Shown here one piece after another: positions 26,932 to 32,395 of a stretch of 32,395 bases of DNA. Made by a program: the position numbers and the translations under genes. Source of the stretch: Myxococcota bacterium (GTDB lineage Bacteria; Myxococcota; XYA12-FULL-58-9; JALHOP01); the NCBI GenBank assembly GCA_041288095.1, contig JBGGMJ010000111.1, positions 1-32,395 of the forward strand, read 5' to 3'. How positions within the stretch are numbered: position 1 is the stretch's first letter; every line of letters begins with the position of its first letter. The notes under the pieces are model-generated. The model had not been told where the DNA came from. It searched no databases and saw only the letters and a list, made by a program, of their open reading frames with translations.

Positions 26932-26958
26932 TTATCGGGCGACGGGGGACCGTGTTGT
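26932..26958 (-). promoter_or_regulatory. sigma28/FliA-like promoter
   Basis: ACAAC-N14-CCCGATAA on the minus strand; the -35 overlaps a hairpin. Confidence 0.5.
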
Positions 26959-26976
26959 CCGTTTGGACAACCCCCC
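26944..26976 (-). terminator. stem-loop downstream of the RHS gene
   Basis: GTTGTCC-N4-GGACAAC perfect inverted repeat (26954-26971) with outer G5/C5 arms, about 20 nt after the stop; no clear U-tract. Confidence 0.4.
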
Positions 26977-26995
26977 ATGCGACAGCGTGGCAGAG

Positions 26996-29900
26996 CTAGC
27001 CTTTGATACCGACGCCATGCGACGCGTACGATTGCGCCGACATTGGCGTGCCCCGGTTCGCGTCGGGAAAGCTCAAGTCTGGCGGCCGCGTGCTCAGATC
27101 CTGCGGCAGGACGTAGCCCTGCACGGTGTTGCCGTTGGGGAGCAGGATGTCGACGATGGCGAACGTGCCCGAAGGGTCGAAGCCCTTGAACTCGACCACG
27201 TCACCGAGGTGCAGCCGGTGGAAGTTCCAGGCCATGAGGTCGGGCCGGTCGAGCGCTTTCGTATCGTGCACTTTCACATAGAGCGGCTTGCACGCCGCGA
27301 GCCCCGAGGGGTCCACGAAGTTCACCGGGTCACCGTACGCGTAGCCGTACAAGTTGCTATCGCCGCCGGCGAAGCCGCTCGGATCTTTCGCGGTCCATCG
27401 GCCGGTTTGTGCGTCGTAGTCGCGCGCGCCGAAGTGCGTGAGCCCGGTCGCGGCGTCGTAGAGACCGCCGGCGAAGCCGAAGGGCTGGAAGCCGGGGTTG
27501 GTGTCGTTCGTCACCCGACCTAGGTCGTCGTAGTCGATGCGCTGAGCGACCGTGCCGGTCGTGACGTCGACCACCAACCGCGGGCTGCCCAAGTGATCGG
27601 TGATGATGCGGTAGGGAACCCCGAGCCGCGTCATGTACTCGGGCACGTTGGCGCGCGTCGCATAGACGAAGCGACTCACGATGGTGCCGGCCCCATCGAG
27701 CTCGGCCACCGGCCGCAGGGCGCCTTGATAGACGAAGCCTTGGACGAGGTTGCCGTCCACCATCCGGCCGATGCGGCGCCCCTCGCCGTCGATGAGGTAG
27801 TCGATGTCGGTCGCGTCCGGCAGCAAGACCTGCAAGAGATTGCCGAGCTCGTCGTAGCTGTACGTGGTCGTCGAAGCGCCGGTCGTCTTGCTCGCGAGCT
27901 GACCGCTCGCGTTGTGCACGTAAGTCGTGGTGCCCTGCGCGGTGAGCCGATCTTGTCCGTCGAAGGTCGACGTGACCCCGTTCGACGAGGTGCGGTTGCC
28001 GTTGGCGTCGTAGGCGTGCGTGCTGAACGCCGCCGCGTCCTTGGTCACCGAGGTCAAGCGCCCCGCGGTGTTGTAGCCATAGACCCAGGTCGCGGATGTG
28101 CCCTCGATGCTCTCGATGATCTGGCTGATACGGCCAAAGTCGTCGCGCGTGTACGTCGCGCTGTAGACGGGCGTCCCGCTGTACGCCGCGGCGTACGAGG
28201 CCAGCTCGCCGTACGCGTTGTATGTCGACGTGTCGGCTACGCTCCCGAGCGCGGTGCCGGTGAGCAAGCCGTTCTGCGCGTCGAAGCCCAGCGTCATGCT
28301 ACCTGCGCTGGTCAAGAAGCCATCGTTGTCGTAGCCGAACGCCACGAGGCTGCCACCGTTCACGCGCTCGGCGTTCACGCGCATGTCGTTGTCGTAGGTG
28401 TAGGTCACGCTCGCGGCGACGGCGCCGGTCCACGCCACGCCCGTGAGCAATGCCCCGTCATGGCTGTAGCTGAGCCCGAGGCCGCCTGGCGCGGTGACCG
28501 AGGTGAGGTGGCTGGTGATGTCGTTGTAGTCGAACCCGATCACACCGCGGGCGAGGCTCACGCCGCCAACACGTCCTTCGGGATCGTACGTGACCACGAT
28601 GTTGCGCCCGTCGGGCAAGCCCACGTTGGTCAGGTTGCGATCATCGTCGTACGCGTAGAGCGTCGGGGCGCCGCCGGGCGGCGTGTAGCTTGCGATTTGA
28701 TCGATCGCCGTGTAGCTCACGCCGTGACCTGTCCGCTCAGGCGGAGTGATCGACGTCGGATTCCCAGCGGGATCGTAGCCGAACGTGACGCTGCGCGCGC
28801 CGGGTAACGTCTGACTGATGACCCGCGCGGCCGCGTCGTGGGAGAAGCCGACTGTCCGCCCAAGCGCATCAGTGACGCCGGTGCGCTCGAGGGCCGTGTT
28901 ATAGGTGAGCGTCGTGTCGCGGCTGCCTTGGCTGATGAGGCTCACGAGGCCGTCGCCGTCGTACGTAAAGCTGACGGGGTCGATGCCCGGAGTCTGCCAG
29001 CCATCGATGCGCCCGAGCGCGTCGAGGGTGACCGCGGCGCTGCGTCCCAGTGGCGTCGTGTACGTGAGCGTTCGCGACGCGCCGGTCGCGTCGTACACCA
29101 ACGTGCTGACGCGGCCGTTGTCGGTGTACGTGTCCGTGAAGAGGGTGAGGCTCAGGAGGTCGTTGGGGTCCGAGAGCGTCGCGGTGCGCGCGATGGTGAT
29201 CGTGCGCTGGACTCCGGCCGGGCTGCGCACCACGATGCGCGCCGGCACCGGCGCCATCATGCCCCAGCGCGGATCGGGTCCCATGGTCACGGTGAGGGTG
29301 GTGCCGTTCGGGAAAGTCGTCAGCTCGCTCCCGTTCGGGGCGAGCACGGTCACGGTGGTCGCACCCGACGGCGCGATCGACGTGCGACGCACTCCGCCGG
29401 CGGCGAGCTTCTCCACGCGATACGTGCTGACGACGCCGAGCTCCGACGTGGCGGTGACGGTGTAATCATCGCCGAGCTCGGTCCGCGCGAGCGTCGTGCT
29501 GCCTCCCTCCGGATCCTCGTCGAGCGTGAGGCGGCCGGTGCTGTCGTAGGTGAAGTCGTGCACGTTGTCGCGCGGATCGGAGAACGACACCAAGAGCCCT
29601 TGAGGCGAGTAGCTCATCGAGTGCGTTCCGCCCGCGGGATCCGTGATGCTCTCGAGCCAGGTGCTCGTGACCACGAGATCGGTACGGTGCCCGCCGGGCC
29701 CGATGATCGCGGTCGCATCGGGGCCGGTGCGCTCGATGGCCGTGACATTGCCACTACCATCGGTGACCGACGTCAGATAGCCGGCGCTGTCGTAGGCGAA
29801 CTGATAGCGCAGCGCGCCCGTGAGCGCGTCCACCGTCCGCTTGTGACGATAGCTGCTGTCGAACACGTAGAGCTCGCTGCCGTCCTCGGATGCGACCAGC

Positions 29901-32395
29901 GTGTCCGAGATCGCAAACGATGGGAACAGCGGTGCGATGCGGCGGACCACGTCGTTGTCGGAGTCGGCAATATAAAGGACGCCGTCGGGGCCGACGGTCA
30001 TGCCGCCAACGGTGCCGAGCCTCGCCGCGGTGGCGGGTCCCCCGTTGCCGTGGTTCGCCGAGCCATTCGTTCCCGCGATGCCCGCCACGGTGGTGATGAT
30101 GCCGTCACTGCCGACGTAACGGATGGTGAAGTCGTCATCGTCGGCGATGTACAAGCCGCCGTCCGACGCGACCGCTATAGCGGCTGGACGCGCGAGGTTT
30201 GCCACCGTCGCCCGGCCGCCGTCGCCGGCGCTGCCGTAATCGCCATTGCCAACGACGGTGGTGATGATGCCGTCAGGCGCGACACCGCGGATGCGCGAGT
30301 TGGCGACGTCGACGATGTAGACCGTGCCCTCGGGTCCGACGCCGACGCCCTCGGGCAAGAAGAGCTGCGCCGCGCTTCCGAGGCCGCCGTCACCGCTGTA
30401 GCCCTGGAAATCCCAGATGCCGGCGACGACACGGACGCGACCGTCGGTGCCGACGCGGTAGATCTGATCCTGGAAGCCGCAGGCGATGTAGATGCTGCCG
30501 TCGGAGCCCACCGCGAGGTCGAAGATGCGCGAGAATGAGGTCGCCGTGGCGAGCGCGCCGGGGCCGCTGAAGGTAGTACCGCCGTTTCCAGCGACGGTGC
30601 TGATGACGCCGTCCGCGCCGACGCGACGGACGCGGTTCGCCGAGCCGATGAGGAGGCTGCCGTCGAGCGCGACCGCCACTGTGTCGACGACGCCGATGCC
30701 TGCTTGCAAAGCCGGCAAGCCGTCGCCGCTGAACGAGTCGCTGCCGTTGCCGGCTACGGTCGTGATGACGCCGCTTACGCCAACCCGGCGAACCACGCGG
30801 TTGCCGCGATCGGCGATGTAGAGGCTCCCATCCGGGGCAAGAGCCACGTCGGCGGGCTGGTTGATGCGCGCCGCCTTCGCCTGGCCGTCGTCGCCCGTGT
30901 AGCCGGAAGTACCCGTGCCGGCCGTGGTCGAGATGATCGACGAGAGCGACTCGGCGTGACGCTGCGTTCCGTCACCCAATAGGATTGTCCGCGACAACGG
31001 ACTATAGGCGTGGTGGACGTTCAGGCTCCAACCACCGAGCCCCTGGGCGCGGCTGTCCCAACGCTCGACGCGCGCGACGTACTCTTGCCAGAGCGTAATC
31101 TCGAGGCGCTCGGAGTCCGCGGTCGCGGGCGCCCCGTCGAAGGTGTAGTGACCGAAGGTCTGAGCCGCTACCGCGATCTGCTCGCGGCGGCCCGGCGACA
31201 GGTACACGCCGCGATAGGTGTAGCCGATGCGCACCTTCACGCTCTGCGTTGTGTGCACGGCGCGCCCGTAGGCGTCGGTCCCGTCCCACGCGAGGGTGTG
31301 CGTGAGGTTCGGCGTCGCCCCGTAGTCGAACGTCGACTGCTTGCCGGCGACGGTCACCTCGAGCTTGACCCCACGGAGGTTGGGCGGGAGCACCGCGTCG
31401 GTGAGCGGGATGCGCAAGCCCTCTTGGTTCGCGGGGCTGCGATCGCTCTGATAGTTGAGCGTGAACGGCGTGCCCGCGAGCGGCACGGACTCACCCAAGG
31501 ATTGGTTCTCGCAGCCGATGATCGAGCCGCAGCGGCGCGTCGGCCGACTCAACCGCGGGACGCTCGGCTTGCGCATGAACGGCGCGCGCGCGCCGAGCGG
31601 CGGACCCCAGGGCCAGTTGAAGTCCCAGGGCGTGAAGTGAGTGACGGGCACGCGCCAGAGCTGTGTCCCGGCGCTGTACAGTGTCGCGAGATTGGTGAGC
31701 TCCTCTCCCGTCACGCCAAGCGCGGTCAGCGGCGCCCCGGTGTCGGCCAAGCCGTCGCCGTCGATATCGAGCACGGCGGAGCCCGTGGTGATGTCGAGGA
31801 TCTCGATGACGAGGCCGTTGTCCGAGGCGACCCACTCGGCGCGCACGCGGTCGTAGTACCCAGCCGGCACGACGCTGCCTACCTCGAAGCCCAAGAAGTT
31901 CTCGACGTAGACCGGCAGCGGTGTGTCGAATTGCACGTCGGTCGCGCCGGCGGCGAGCGCCTGGTCGACGCTGAGCTCGGTTGCATACGTATAGCCGCTG
32001 TTCGGAGGCAGCGTCGCGGGCATCGCCAGCGGTCCGCGATCGCCGACCGTGAACTCGGTCGCGCGCAGGTCCATCGATGTGAGCGGCTGGGTCGAGCCGT
32101 CCGCGAGCACCATGGTCGCGGTCGTGCCGGCGGGGATGAGCACGGTCGCCTGGCGTTCTCCTTCGTCGTCGACGACGACGCTGCCACGCGCGACCTGCAG
32201 GGTACCGGCGCCGAGAGTCACCACCGTGACCTGGGGATCGAGCGCCACCATCACCACGTCGGGGAGCCACGCGAAGTCACGCCAGGGCGCGACCACCGCG
32301 CGTTGTGCGGTGAGGAGGCCGTCTTTTTCGTAGCGCAAGGTCAGCAGGCCGCCGCCGTTGACGGCGAGATCGAAGAGACCGTCGGCGCGGCTGCG
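26996..32395 (-). CDS. bacterial teneurin-like RHS/YD-repeat protein (5'-truncated) with NHL repeats and 100-aa C-terminal cargo
   Basis: Frame is open to the window end, with SRADGLFDLAVNGGG (teneurin-like signature), NHL repeats (about 29900-30930), YD repeats and RHS core FQPFGFAGGLYD..T.HFGARDYD..GRW..KDP...NLYGY..GDPVNFVDPSGL. Confidence 0.93.
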   Translation of the reverse strand, partial: RSRADGLFDLAVNGGGLLTLRYEKDGLLTAQRAVVAPWRDFAWLPDVVMVALDPQVTVVTLGAGTLQVARGSVVVDDEGERQATVLIPAGTTATMVLADGSTQPLTSMDLRATEFTVGDRGPLAMPATLPPNSGYTYATELSVDQALAAGATDVQFDTPLPVYVENFLGFEVGSVVPAGYYDRVRAEWVASDNGLVIEILDITTGSAVLDIDGDGLADTGAPLTALGVTGEELTNLATLYSAGTQLWRVPVTHFTPWDFNWPWGPPLGARAPFMRKPSVPRLSRPTRRCGSIIGCENQSLGESVPLAGTPFTLNYQSDRSPANQEGLRIPLTDAVLPPNLRGVKLEVTVAGKQSTFDYGATPNLTHTLAWDGTDAYGRAVHTTQSVKVRIGYTYRGVYLSPGRREQIAVAAQTFGHYTFDGAPATADSERLEITLWQEYVARVERWDSRAQGLGGWSLNVHHAYSPLSRTILLGDGTQRHAESLSSIISTTAGTGTSGYTGDDGQAKAARINQPADVALAPDGSLYIADRGNRVVRRVGVSGVITTVAGNGSDSFSGDGLPALQAGIGVVDTVAVALDGSLLIGSANRVRRVGADGVISTVAGNGGTTFSGPGALATATSFSRIFDLAVGSDGSIYIACGFQDQIYRVGTDGRVRVVAGIWDFQGYSGDGGLGSAAQLFLPEGVGVGPEGTVYIVDVANSRIRGVAPDGIITTVVGNGDYGSAGDGGRATVANLARPAAIAVASDGGLYIADDDDFTIRYVGSDGIITTVAGIAGTNGSANHGNGGPATAARLGTVGGMTVGPDGVLYIADSDNDVVRRIAPLFPSFAISDTLVASEDGSELYVFDSSYRHKRTVDALTGALRYQFAYDSAGYLTSVTDGSGNVTAIERTGPDATAIIGPGGHRTDLVVTSTWLESITDPAGGTHSMSYSPQGLLVSFSDPRDNVHDFTYDSTGRLTLDEDPEGGSTTLARTELGDDYTVTATSELGVVSTYRVEKLAAGGVRRTSIAPSGATTVTVLAPNGSELTTFPNGTTLTVTMGPDPRWGMMAPVPARIVVRSPAGVQRTITIARTATLSDPNDLLSLTLFTDTYTDNGRVSTLVYDATGASRTLTYTTPLGRSAAVTLDALGRIDGWQTPGIDPVSFTYDGDGLVSLISQGSRDTTLTYNTALERTGVTDALGRTVGFSHDAAARVISQTLPGARSVTFGYDPAGNPTSITPPERTGHGVSYTAIDQIASYTPPGGAPTLYAYDDDRNLTNVGLPDGRNIVVTYDPEGRVGGVSLARGVIGFDYNDITSHLTSVTAPGGLGLSYSHDGALLTGVAWTGAVAASVTYTYDNDMRVNAERVNGGSLVAFGYDNDGFLTSAGSMTLGFDAQNGLLTGTALGSVADTSTYNAYGELASYAAAYSGTPVYSATYTRDDFGRISQIIESIEGTSATWVYGYNTAGRLTSVTKDAAAFSTHAYDANGNRTSSNGVTSTFDGQDRLTAQGTTTYVHNASGQLASKTTGASTTTYSYDELGNLLQVLLPDATDIDYLIDGEGRRIGRMVDGNLVQGFVYQGALRPVAELDGAGTIVSRFVYATRANVPEYMTRLGVPYRIITDHLGSPRLVVDVTTGTVAQRIDYDDLGRVTNDTNPGFQPFGFAGGLYDAATGLTHFGARDYDAQTGRWTAKDPSGFAGGDSNLYGYAYGDPVNFVDPSGLAACKPLYVKVHDTKALDRPDLMAWNFHRLHLGDVVEFKGFDPSGTFAIVDILLPNGNTVQGYVLPQDLSTRPPDLSFPDANRGTPMSAQSYASHGVGIKG

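Noticed and set aside
1..32395. Prophage, IS, integron or anti-phage defence island
   Set aside because: No integrase, transposase, phage structural or recognisable defence genes; the SF1 ATPase has no nuclease partner.

Overview
High-GC (about two-thirds by eye), gene-dense bacterial chromosomal segment, most likely Myxococcota or a related deltaproteobacterium. This is inferred from gene content: tandem-PilZ protein, many orphan lipoproteins, FG-GAP lipoprotein, teneurin-like RHS protein and a sigma54 promoter. There are about 28 CDSs. Recognisable ones are NamZ/DUF1343 muramidase, YciI plus an ECF42-type sigma factor, a HelD-like SF1 ATPase, MgtC/DUF4010, SWIB, an M14 carboxypeptidase, a scramblase/LURP-one-like protein, an S8 protease, a RIO1-family kinase with a 10x24-bp repeat tail, a nucleoside phosphorylase-family protein, a beta-lactamase-fold serine hydrolase and a large, 5'-truncated teneurin-like RHS/YD protein. 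No rRNA, tRNA, CRISPR array or mobile element was seen. The main unexplained signal is that six scattered genes share one upstream bipartite motif, (C)RCAMC-N14/15-SYCGAWWN, which resembles a FliA/sigma28 promoter with a non-canonical -35. All six encode proteins without Sec signal peptides, mostly with low-complexity N-termini, and several carry protease or membrane-active domains. This suggests a dispersed, sigma28-type regulon of candidate type-III-like secreted effectors. All family calls come from motif recognition by eye; no database search was run.
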